Below are positions 25,773-35,900 of a stretch of DNA of 64,000 nt, piece after piece. Source of the stretch: Lingula anatina. Its lineage: Eukaryota; Animalia; Brachiopoda. Each line of letters opens with the position of its first letter. The stretch's first letter is position 1. The translations under genes were made by a program, and so were the position numbers. Location of the stretch: assembly GCA_051362555.1 (NCBI GenBank), contig CM120648.1:7002587-7066586 (forward strand), written 5' to 3'. The notes beneath the pieces are model-generated. The model did no database searches and had not been told where the DNA came from. It saw only the letters and a program-made list of their open reading frames with translations.

Positions 25773-26441
25773 ATGTCTCTTATCGCCTCGAAATTGCTGG
25801 CGCAGCTGATGATACTTGGCATCGTCGCTCTACAAACACGGCCAGCCGCGTCTGCGGTTTTCTTACCGTTTCAAGGTTTCCCGTTTTTTGGACCATTTGG
25901 GAACAACTTTGCTCAGCTCATCTCGCAACTCTTTTCTCCTGCAACCAACGCAGGGCAACTTTTTGGTGGACAGACGCAGGGAAACGCTCTGCAACAGCTT
26001 GCCTCGCTCTTCCAACCAACCTCAGGTGGACAGCAGGGAACGCAGGGAAACGCTCTGCAACAGCTGGCTTTGCTCTTCCAACCAACCTCAGGTGGACAGC
26101 AGGGAACACAGGCAAACGCTCTGCAACAGCTTATTGCTTCGCTCTTCCAGGGAGCCGCAGGTGGACAGCAGGGAACGCAGGGAAACGCTCTGCAACAGCT
26201 GGCCTCGCTCTTCCAACCAATCTCAGGTGGACAACAGGGAACGCAGGGAAACGTTCTGCAACAGCTGGCCTCGCTCTTCCAACCAACCTCAGGTGGACAA
26301 CTGGGAACGGCCACCAACAGCATTCAATCCTTTTTCCTCACCTTGATCCGGCTAGCCGGCCAGTTCTGCCCGCAAAACCGTACATTGCCAATTTGCGTAC
26401 TGTTGTGTCAAAACTTCCCGTTCTTGACTTTCTGTACATGA
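25773..26441 (+). CDS. Secreted-type Gln/Gly-rich tandem-repeat protein, 222 aa, unknown family
   Basis: Hydrophobic signal-peptide-like N-terminus, five 22-23-aa repeats QGNALQQLASLFQPTSGGQQGT, and a C-terminal 4-Cys segment. ATG follows a splice acceptor directly; AATAAA at ~26710. Confidence 0.75.
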   Translation: MSLIASKLLAQLMILGIVALQTRPAASAVFLPFQGFPFFGPFGNNFAQLISQLFSPATNAGQLFGGQTQGNALQQLASLFQPTSGGQQGTQGNALQQLALLFQPTSGGQQGTQANALQQLIASLFQGAAGGQQGTQGNALQQLASLFQPISGGQQGTQGNVLQQLASLFQPTSGGQLGTATNSIQSFFLTLIRLAGQFCPQNRTLPICVLLCQNFPFLTFCT

Positions 26442-27096
26442 GGGCGGTGACATTTTTTATACCCTCTACCAGGGCCGCAGAGATGATCTGATCGCTATAT
26501 ATTCACAGAGAATGCTAAGGTTTTTCCTCTGCAAATTTCTGTACTGTCCATTTTGAAAAAAAAAAAAGTAATTAGTGACGTCATCACCCAGCTGGGTTTG
26601 TAGAAAAAAGACAAACTGTTAGAATCCTGTTATAGGCCTGATGTTAAATAGAACTTAATCTCATTAATAACAGATTAACTTTTGAAAATGTTGAGGGTTA
26701 AAAATTGAAAATAAATTTTCGTCGCACAAATTGAAATTATGATGTTGAATTAAATTTTTGTCACTCGTTTGAAAAAATTAAAATTTCGAGATTTTTTTAT
26801 TATAAAGTCAATTAATATAAATACGACTTTGGTTTGAAGCTGACGAACTGATTTTATTTTGTAGTGTGATTGTGATCTGGACGGCTAACTAGCTAAGCTA
26901 GAAGCCCAACCGTGTCGGTTGATAGGCCTACTAAAAAGCCTTAAATCGGAAGGGACGTAGCTCGCACTCGGCTTGGTCGGCTCGACATTTATCCATTGCT
27001 ATATATTTACCTGACAGTGTTTAAAATGGAAAATAAGGGGTTACAATTGGAAACAATCAAGGGTTCATTGGCCCGAAGGTTCTATATAGCGACTAA

Positions 27097-27298
27097 GGCT
27101 GTATTCCCAGAGCTTTTAGATCGATCTATCCCCGCGGGGAGTCTCACTAGATTACGGCTTAAATGTCCGTCCCGCCTACTACAAGCTGTAGGAGGGTAAT
27201 TAACTTTCGTGTCCGCTCGGCTGACAGCTATTTAGCGTGAACCCCCAGGGAGTTAGGTCGATCTAAAGTAGATCGATCTAATCTCTGGAAATGGGGTC
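27097..27298. mobile_element. Tourist/Harbinger-like MITE, ~202 bp
   Basis: Imperfect palindrome (ATTCCCAGAG..TAGATCGATCTA / TAGATCGATCTA..CTCTGGAAAT) with TAA on both sides (27094-27096, 27299-27301). Confidence 0.6.
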
Positions 27299-27681
27299 TA
27301 ATTCGGACAAATGAACCTTCGGACTATTGCTACGGCCCGAACCCGCCAATGGGGGTCAGGTCAGCTTTGTATTTGAGGCCTGTCATTCCTAAATAATCCT
27401 GGATACTGGATGCTTTAACAGTATGTCCCCATTGTCCGACAAGATCCCGTGTGACGTGATGGAGAGCTGGACCAGTCCCCATTAATTTGCACAGGTGAGC
27501 CTCGTCATATATTTTGGTCACTTACAGGCTAACCCTAACCTGTATAATTAAATATGGAGGGTTGAATCTTTGTTATGCGAACCCTCAGTTTCGTCACACC
27601 GACCCTATCTGGATCTTGTGTTTTTCGTGAAGAAGCTCCAAGCCCTGATGTGACCACTACCTCGTACGGAGATAAACATAT

Positions 27682-27928
27682 TGTTGTGTTCGTGCATTTT
27701 CCTACCTTCACCCGGTGTGCTCTCCCTGCGCGGAGAGCGCGCAATTATGGTAAGTACTGCGCACACCAGGTGGAGAGTCCAACTTCCCTGCCTGATCCCG
27801 GTGAGTACAACTCAACCACAGCTACCGTGCAGACGTGTACGGTACAGCCGACGAAAATAATCAGAATTGAGACACAATACACAGTGATCTACAATCTCAC
27901 TCCGTAAGTAGAACCAGTGAATACTTTA
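27682..27928 (+). repeat. 5' LTR
   Basis: TGTTGTG...ACTTTA. No difference from the 3' LTR found by eye; the incidental ORF translations across both copies are identical. Confidence 0.95.
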
Positions 27929-28531
27929 TTGGCGACAAGGCATTCGTAACTTGTAATTTTGCGGGCCTAAAGCTTAGTTTTCGCTGCGATCTAGCTGAAA
28001 GTAGATTGCGCGGGAAATTCCTTTGTCTAACATCCTTTTGAATAATTGGGTGGAGCGGCGGTCAAAATTGTAGTTTCAATTTTGGATCATAAAGGTTACC
28101 GCTTCAGGAGACACTGGTATTTGTTGCGTATCTACTGTATTTTCAGTGCTTACGTGTGTGAATTGTGATATAAAGGAGACGTTGGTCTCATTCCCCTGTG
28201 TGTTGTTATCAAAGCTGAATTTTTCCCAAGACTGAGGTGCACACGTAATATTTTAGTTTCTTTGTTTCTTTAGTTTATTTGAAAGAATAAAATATTGACT
28301 TCAGTGTTGTTGTTGATTATTCTTTTGTATTTTAGATAGGATTCTGAACAGAATTTCTGTCTAAATTCAACTTATTGCGTTGTGTGCCGAAGTCTTCTTT
28401 CCCCGAATTTGAATTAACTGTACGTTTTTGGATTCTATTTATAGTGAATTTCGCTATAAGCTTGGTAGTGTATTGTGCTTTGATAGGTGAAATTATTTTG
28501 AATCAATTTAATTTTCGCTTACAAATGTACA

Positions 28532-30574
28532 ATGGCGAGTGCATCAAGGTTGCCAATCAATCGTGCGACTTACGATGAGCTCGTTACGCTGCCGGGTATA
28601 GGTCCTAAACGTGCAGAAAGGATAATATACGCTAGAGAGCAAGGGATCCCCGTGACCAGATCCAACATTTTGAAAAATTGTGGATCCAATACCGGATCAA
28701 ATAAAAGCAAATATTTCTCTTTTGGGGGTACTCACAGTAGTGAATTAGGATCTGAAGTCAACATAGGTGACCTAGACCCTAGCGTATTATCCACTCAAAA
28801 AACTCATTACACAACTTCTAAAGTGACTTCCTACATTCAGCATGAAGGAAGAGCGGCTGCTAAGAGATATAGGGCGGAATTTGAAAAAATTCTCAAACTG
28901 GGTGAGAAAATTCAACACCAAGAACAAATTTCTCGCAGTAAAAATATAAAAAACGCTGCTAATTATTCACCATCAACGTATTCTAAATTAAAATCTTCTT
29001 CAAAATCCCATTTTCACTCAGCTATTGACCCAAAATCTTTCGCATCGCAGCCAGCTACTTTAGCCTCTGAATACGACATTTTTGCTCTGCCTTTTGAGAG
29101 GCTGCGTGCCAATAACAAAGATAAAAAAGTAACATCTTCTGTGCATGCAAAGTCTCCAGGCCGCGTCATGAACCCTGATACTGTTACTTCCTTGCCGAAT
29201 GGTAAAGACAGTAGTCGGCACTTTGCTCCGTCTGTCCATAAGGGTGATGTGAATTGTGATCTGTATCAGTTTCATGTTCCTAAACCCGGACGGCGGCAAC
29301 GACATGTTGAGCAAAATTTTGCCGATACAGTTCAACAAAATCATGAATACCGGTCTAGTTCAATAGGAAAACATTATACGCGACCCAGAATCTCGTCTCC
29401 CGTTTTCTGTGACGAACCACTAATTTATGAAAGGGATAACAGTGAAAAAGAATACTTTCGGCTACCCAAACCAGAAAAAGTAGGTCCAAAAAGTAAAAAG
29501 GACAGAGTAGACCCCAGTGATTTACCTAAACAATTATCATTTGACGGAAACAGTGACGACTGGGAGTCTTTCAGAAAAAGATATGAAAGTTATCGCCAGA
29601 TAAAAGAGTGGTCAGAAAACGAGTGTCTGGACTACCTTCTGTGGTGTCTTGAAGGCGAGGCTTTGGCACTGTATAATAGCCATCTCAGAGCAAATAAAAA
29701 TGTGTCGTACACATCTATAATGAAAGAAATGGACTTAGTGTTCGGGATTAAAAAACATCCCGATTCGGCTCGCCTGGCATTTCATACTGCCATTCAATCG
29801 CAAAACGAAACGCTAAACCAATGGCTGTGCCGCGTTTTGTTATTGGTCAGAGATGCTTATCCTGATAAATCGGAGTCTTTTAGGACAAAAGAAACAATAT
29901 CAAAATTTTGTCAAGACTGTATTGATCAGGATGCTGGGCGTTATACTAGTTTAAAGCATCCAGCAAGCATCAGCGACGCAATAACACATATGGTGGACTA
30001 TCAACATGTTTGTAAACCCACGAATAGTCATAAACAAACGAGAAAAATTCGTGAAAAAATTCAAATATGTTCTCTCAATCTTACAGCTAGAGAAAATCAA
30101 CAATCTCCATCTGAAAATGTTGAAAAACTAGTTGAGTCCATCATAGAGAAACGCGTCAGCCAGCAGCCAAAATTGAGCACAATTCAATTTAATTCAATGG
30201 CTGACTTGAAAAAAACGGTTGAACATTTGGTCAGGAAGTCCACACCTAAAACATCAAGTGTGTGTTTCTTCTGTAAAAGAAAAGACCATTTTAAAAGAAA
30301 TTGCCAGAAATATAAAGAGTTCTTAAAACGAAAAAATACTGAAAAAGAACTCGAAAAACAAGAGCGAGCTGATAACGCTGAGTCATTTAAACTTAAGGTT
30401 CGAGCGTCGAGTACATGTTCAAAAACACCGTCTCAAATGCATGGCACTAAAAAACCTCACCTAGTAGAACACTCATTGCAGCAAAATCAACGTAGGGGCG
30501 TAGAGTGGGATTCTGATCCTAGTATAGGTAAAAAAGCTGGGCCTTTAAGAAAGTTTTCGTGGTCTCGGGTGTAG
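28532..30574 (+). CDS. gag: Gag-like protein, 680 aa: N-terminal ComEA-like helix-hairpin-helix, capsid-like domain, CCHC zinc knuckle
   Basis: PINRATYDELVTLPGIGPKRAERII (HhH, LPGIG hairpin). FDGNSDDWESF..W..LEGEAL..QSQNETLNQW (retrotransposon Gag pattern). CFFCKRKDHFKRNC (CX2CX4HX4C). Confidence 0.9.
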   Translation: MASASRLPINRATYDELVTLPGIGPKRAERIIYAREQGIPVTRSNILKNCGSNTGSNKSKYFSFGGTHSSELGSEVNIGDLDPSVLSTQKTHYTTSKVTSYIQHEGRAAAKRYRAEFEKILKLGEKIQHQEQISRSKNIKNAANYSPSTYSKLKSSSKSHFHSAIDPKSFASQPATLASEYDIFALPFERLRANNKDKKVTSSVHAKSPGRVMNPDTVTSLPNGKDSSRHFAPSVHKGDVNCDLYQFHVPKPGRRQRHVEQNFADTVQQNHEYRSSSIGKHYTRPRISSPVFCDEPLIYERDNSEKEYFRLPKPEKVGPKSKKDRVDPSDLPKQLSFDGNSDDWESFRKRYESYRQIKEWSENECLDYLLWCLEGEALALYNSHLRANKNVSYTSIMKEMDLVFGIKKHPDSARLAFHTAIQSQNETLNQWLCRVLLLVRDAYPDKSESFRTKETISKFCQDCIDQDAGRYTSLKHPASISDAITHMVDYQHVCKPTNSHKQTRKIREKIQICSLNLTARENQQSPSENVEKLVESIIEKRVSQQPKLSTIQFNSMADLKKTVEHLVRKSTPKTSSVCFFCKRKDHFKRNCQKYKEFLKRKNTEKELEKQERADNAESFKLKVRASSTCSKTPSQMHGTKKPHLVEHSLQQNQRRGVEWDSDPSIGKKAGPLRKFSWSRV

Positions 30575-32010
30575 ATCAATGGAAAAGTGGACTTGGCTGC
30601 GCAGATTTCTGTAATGTCAGGAAGAGTGCATTGCGCGCATTAAGGTTAGCCACCAGTTTTTAGTTATATTGACTTACTATCTCTTGCTGCAGGGAATTGG
30701 AAATTTAGAAATACAGGTTTGCGACAAAATTTAGTGGTGAGATTAACTCTTGTACATGTAGCACCAATGACTGTTGAAAATTGAATGCATATGCTCAGTG
30801 CAATTTGGGTATTCTGGAAATTGACGGAAAAATGATATAAAAAGAAAACAGATTCACAGATAAAACAGCACCAGTAAGTGTAGCGAAAAGAAAAGGACAG
30901 TGGTATCCCCAAAATCGGAACATAATTCCATGCGAAATCAATAAACAGACTGAAAGATAGTCATGGAAAGAAATAAAGAGTAAAAAGGGGTCACTGATTC
31001 AGAGAATGGTGCTGTCCGAAAATTCCGATCAATAAAGAAAACTTCGTGTGGTAAAGTCATGTGGTAGCTACAGTAGCAAATGACATTTTGGAAACCTCTA
31101 AATTGGATGGGTATTAGCTTAGGGGGGTGGATTATAAAGTTAAAAAAAAAATCTGTGCCTGCATTATCAGTTACAAAGCTGATGAGACAACATGTACCGA
31201 TGTACCGGTGGGAACACCTGAAATTATTCGTAAAATCAGCTGTTTCTAGAACCGGTATCGAATCTTAAAATACGCTTGTGGGATAAAACATACTAGTGGA
31301 GGTTTTCATTCACCCTCCTATAACTGGTAACATCCCTAGAACAAGTGTACACCCGAACAAGACTTAACTTGTGGGATTAAATTCTGCAGGGGTTTCAAGT
31401 GTTAATTCCCCTAATTTCGAGAATATCCCTAGAACAAGTAACCGATTGAAAAGGACTAAATGTCACAGACTCTGAAGGTGGGTGGAAGCACTAAGGGCCC
31501 TTCAAGTGCCCCATTCACTGGAAGACGTTTGTAAAACTAAAAATTAACACAAAACTACCGGTAGTATAACATCTTTCAAGACTCCAAACATCGGGAGTCC
31601 AAACTTAAATAAAACCGCTGGTGACGTTCACTTTGGGCTAGACTCTTCGGGTTGCGTGTCTCTAGTAAAACGGGAAATCCCTGAACATCTGGAAGTGATG
31701 TTTAAAGTATCTAAAGGGAATAGTGTAGAATCAAATTTAGAAGGGGTGTTTTCTAAATTGAAAGATGTTTTTAATAGAGACAATTTTGATCTTGGTCGGT
31801 CTTAAGTCACTCAACGTGGAAATGAAGCCGGGAATGCCGAATCCCTTAAATCGCGTATGCGGTGGATGCTTGCGTGTGACATGCAGAAAGCATAGGGGGC
31901 ATTGTTAACGGAATGTTAACAACCGGATTCATGCAAGGCTGACAAGAGTCTCAGTCTGTGTGGATATTAGCACCAGTGTTTAATAATAAAACGTGACGTC
32001 ACGGTGAAAA
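30575..32010 (+). pseudogene. Decayed pol remnants (protease motif and start of RT only)
   Basis: VDLAAQISVMS at ~30588 resembles the D(T/S)GA protease site. KDVFNRDNFDLGRS*VTQR..AESLKSRMR (~31760-31860) and QESQSVW..APV..IIKRD (~31940-32000) resemble the Gypsy pre-RT/RT N-terminus. Many stops and frameshifts; no RT core, RNase H or integrase seen. Confidence 0.7.
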
Positions 32011-32060
32011 TTTTCCAATAGGGAAAATTAAATATATTGCTAGCAATATCCTTGAAGAAT

Positions 32061-32546
32061 TAGACTATCACTTTGTGATGTAGTTTATTTTTGTGTTTAA
32101 GAAAAATGGCTACAGTCTATTGAGATCAATGGACTATAACTGTTATGTAGCTTATTTCTGTGTTAACACATGACTACAGTCCATAAGACTATCACTCTGT
32201 GATGTAGTTTATTTTGTGTTAATAAATCGCTACAGTCTATTGTCATTAATGGACTATAACTGTTATGTAGCTTAATTTTGTGTTAACACGTGACTACAGT
32301 CTAATTTGATGAAATTTTTGAAAAACCGGGATCTTATTTTAGCATTCCATTTTTCTTTTCATTTATTTATGAGAATTTTTGGGACGGACTATCACTATAT
32401 TTTTGGTGATGTGACTGGCTGGTGAATGAACAGCCTATCACAGTCTGTTCTACTGTTTATTTATTTTTTGTATTTTTTTTTTTTTTCGGCGGACTATCAC
32501 CTCGGTGATGTTGTTAGCACTAACAGCTAATGACAGTCTGTACGAA
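32061..32546 (+). other. Array of six predicted three-way-junction RNA motifs in the 3' region of the retroelement
   Basis: Units at 32061-32119, 32129-32184, 32186-32238, 32250-32303, 32381-32451 and 32485-32546. All follow GACU-AU(C/A)AC-loop-GU(G/U)AU-GU..stem..AC-AGUC, with compensatory changes and G-U pairs. Confidence 0.75.
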
Positions 32547-32654
32547 TATTTCAACTGGAATCCACTTTATTTTATTTATCGAAAGGAATTTTGAGTTTGT
32601 ACATGGACAAACATGTATTTATAAGTAGCTCCTTTCAAATAAAAGTGGGGGGAA

Positions 32655-32901
32655 TGTTGTGTTCGTGCATTTTCCTACCTTCACCCGGTGTGCTCTCCCT
32701 GCGCGGAGAGCGCGCAATTATGGTAAGTACTGCGCACACCAGGTGGAGAGTCCAACTTCCCTGCCTGATCCCGGTGAGTACAACTCAACCACAGCTACCG
32801 TGCAGACGTGTACGGTACAGCCGACGAAAATAATCAGAATTGAGACACAATACACAGTGATCTACAATCTCACTCCGTAAGTAGAACCAGTGAATACTTT
32901 A
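32655..32901 (+). repeat. 3' LTR
   Basis: Direct repeat of 27682-27928, preceded by the PPT and followed by the TSD. Confidence 0.95.
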
Positions 32902-32921
32902 ATATACATATCTCAGGGCAA

Positions 32922-35900
32922 ATGGCGGAAGTTACGAAGCGCAAGAAACTTAGCTTGAAACAGGCAAAAGCAAAGAAGAATTCTTCAGCAGTTTTAACTA
33001 CAGGCTCCGACGATCAACAAGAGATCAAAAGGCAGAAGTTGGACACAGCTGTAAAAAGTGTTCCAAGGTACGCTTCGCTGAACTTAATTGGAGACTGTAC
33101 ATCCCACCTCTCCAGGGTCTTGAACTACCCCACTCACTTCTTTAATTTAATTTTAGAGCATTCATTCCCTTAGCATTCAGCGTTAATTCATTCTTTTAAG
33201 TTTTAGACGGATTTGGTCGAAAACAGGCAGTCAGAAGCGGGCGGCCAAACGCAGTTCCCTATTATTTAACCCTCTGGGGCGCAATTACGATTTATTTGAA
33301 CTGCCTCAATTTTCTGCCTTGGCTTAGATATCAGATGTCCAAAATCCGAGACAAATATATCAAACCGCCCGCTACACTCCAGTGAAGGTGACTTAACATA
33401 ATCATCCTCTGACAAATCTTGTTTCATTGATAGCAGTGCACTAGGAAATCCCATATTTGCATTAAATCCTCCTTAATAATTGTGTATATTAGTCTTAAAC
33501 ATTTAAAAAAATAAATAAAATATAGATCTATATTTCAGGTAAATTTGTACAAACATTTTTTAGTATGTGAATAAGTTCAATCATAATTTCCCCCCATCAA
33601 GCGACAGTGATTCAGTCTCAGAAGAGGTCAGTCTCTGTCCAGGCTTGGTCAGTGTCCGAAATTTCCTGAGGACTCACAGGTGGCCACAGTCCAGTCCTGG
33701 TCAACAGGCCTTCCCAGATAGCAAGCATACGTTGGGCCAACGTAGGGGAATCGTTGGTTTGTTGGCACATAGTTGGCGTTGGTAGTAATACGTTGGCCCA
33801 ACGTTGGCCCAACCACATCATAATATGCACAACATAACTGCAATATGCTCACGTTGGCCCAACGTTGGGCCAACGTGTGCATATTTGTTGCATACGTTGG
33901 CCTAACGTTGGGCCAACGTATCCAATTAACAACTCAATAGAAATGAATAATGTTTCTGTTATAATAAAAATGTTTCTGTTCACAACTGAGAATCACATGT
34001 GCTTATCTATTGATCAGTAACATATAGTTTTTAGGATTAAATTTTTTTTTTATTAAGAGTTTGTCAAATTCCTTGGGCTAAAAAACAGTGTTCTACTTTT
34101 ATTTGTCTTCCAAGCTATATACTCTCATATATATATATTTTTCATTTTGTCTTTTTTTCTGAATGGATATAGTATATAGTACATAGACTTCACCTATAAA
34201 AAAATTACTGAGTGAACAGATTTATATTTTTAAATAATGCTGTGAAACATATTTATTATTATTGCTATTATTATTATTGTTATTGAAATCAGACAAATGA
34301 TTGAAATCTTATTATAATGTACAATTGCTCAATATATAAATTTTAAACTTTATAGTTAGCATCAATTGACTTTTGATTAAAGTACACTGGTAACTTTCAC
34401 TGGACCAGATTCATTACAAGCCAGGTGTTTATCTTAACTGTCAGTTTGATATAAACAGTTTGCCTACTGCCTGCTCAAACAGGTCAAACAACTATACATA
34501 GCACAGTCTTAAGCGCGCTGACCGTTGAGCCAATTCAAAAATCTAAGCCAGAAGGTCAGAAATGTTCTAAGGAAGAGGCAAGAATTACGGCTGAAAGCAT
34601 TGGTTTCTGGATATAGAAAGAAGACATCTTTTTGGAAATTAGAAAATGAAGAGATAAAGAGACAGGATAAGAAGTGAGCATGTACTGGTAAGTGAATTTT
34701 TAATTGTGTATTTTCCCATTATTTACTGATGCACCAGGATCCATACAGCCTTGAAAAGTGTTCAAATTTAGTCCAGCACTTTGGACTAGTTTAAATGTAA
34801 CTAGTTTAATGGCTCTAGTTTAAATGTAACTTTGAAAAGTACTTGAAAATGCTATTAGGCTTGAAAAAGGTTTGCATTTCAGCATTTTGTCTTTGTAAAA
34901 ATATTATTTAAAACTTTGTAGTTTATTGAGATGAATACAGACAATAATTCACAGATGGGGGTAATATCTTTTAATACATCATTACTTGTACTTTTATTTT
35001 CAACTTTTCATCATCAGACAATGTGTTACAAAGACAAAGTTTAAATGAAATGAGTCATTTTTCCTTTGGTATGTACACTTTAATATAACTGTATTAATGT
35101 ATAACTTGCCCTCATTAGTTAAAATCATTGAAAATGATTTGATTTAGAGCCTTAAAAGTCCTTGGAAGCCAATTGTTCTTATGTGTCTGTATGAATCCTG
35201 GCCAGTAAATTCTGTGATAGAGTTGTTGGAATGATTAAATGATGTGGAATTTAGTGGTACATTACAGTTGTCTAAAAACTGAATTCATGGTCAAGTGTAC
35301 ACGTAAGAACTAATTTAAATAAATCACTATAAATTACTGCACACAAGACACACACTTTTAAAGTTAAGACATTGGCTTTTGCCTAACTTAGAAAAGGTGG
35401 GGAGATTATCATATAATACACACCTACTAGTACTAGTTTGTATATGAAATATGGGGGAAGAGGTACAGTCATGTTATGTACCATACCAATTCTAGCATTA
35501 TATTTCAAGTGTTTTTAATATTTAAATTTGTAGGTGCAGCACACTCTTCTGTGACTGTTCAGAAAAAGATGTTGAAGATACACCTAACTAATCGTGCTTT
35601 GCCAAAGATCATGCAGGTGCAGGACAGGAAAGAGAGAAAAAACACAAGATTTAACTCATATGACCACTGATTTGATTTTTAAAGAGACAATGTCTGAGAT
35701 TTTGCCTGACGGAAGAGACTGTGATTTTATAGACTTGACATATAACTTATGAAAGTTCCTATGAAAAGCATCTTACCTGACATTAACAAGGGTTTCAGGT
35801 TTAAAATTTAATTTAATGAAAATGTTTTTAAAAATTGAAATGGGGCAAAAAAAGACTTTACTAGTAGAAAAATGCCTTGACTCCAGGAATAAGGTGAAAA

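Larger units (their letters stand above)
27682..32901 (+). mobile_element. Gypsy-like LTR retroelement, 5220 bp, non-autonomous (intact gag, decayed/deleted pol)
   Basis: 247-bp direct repeats at 27682-27928 and 32655-32901. TSD ATAT at 27678-27681 and 32902-32905. PBS TGGCGACAAGG at 27930-27940; PPT AAAAGTGGGGGGAA at 32641-32654. Confidence 0.95.

Noticed and set aside
25751-26491. Overlapping 246-aa, 176-aa and antisense Cys-rich 136-aa ORFs; a possible upstream exon (ATG 24644, donor 24698) would splice into the 246-aa frame
   Set aside because: A stop-free 66-bp repeat keeps several frames open. Only the 222-aa frame has a signal-like start and coherent composition. The upstream exon cannot be supported without transcripts.
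27575-27907. ORFs across the LTRs (also 32591-32880)
   Set aside because: Incidental frames that cross the element boundary and start at non-ATG codons or in flanking DNA.
28532-30574. Bacterial comEA horizontal transfer or a domesticated host gag gene
   Set aside because: The HhH is a short module in a Gag bounded by LTRs, PBS, PPT and a fresh TSD, so it is part of a mobile element.
32061-32546. Hammerhead ribozyme, snoRNA, tRNA or CRISPR interpretation of the repeated motifs
   Set aside because: No CUGANGA/GAAA core, no paired C/D boxes, no cloverleaf, no constant repeat-spacer period, and a eukaryotic context with no cas genes.
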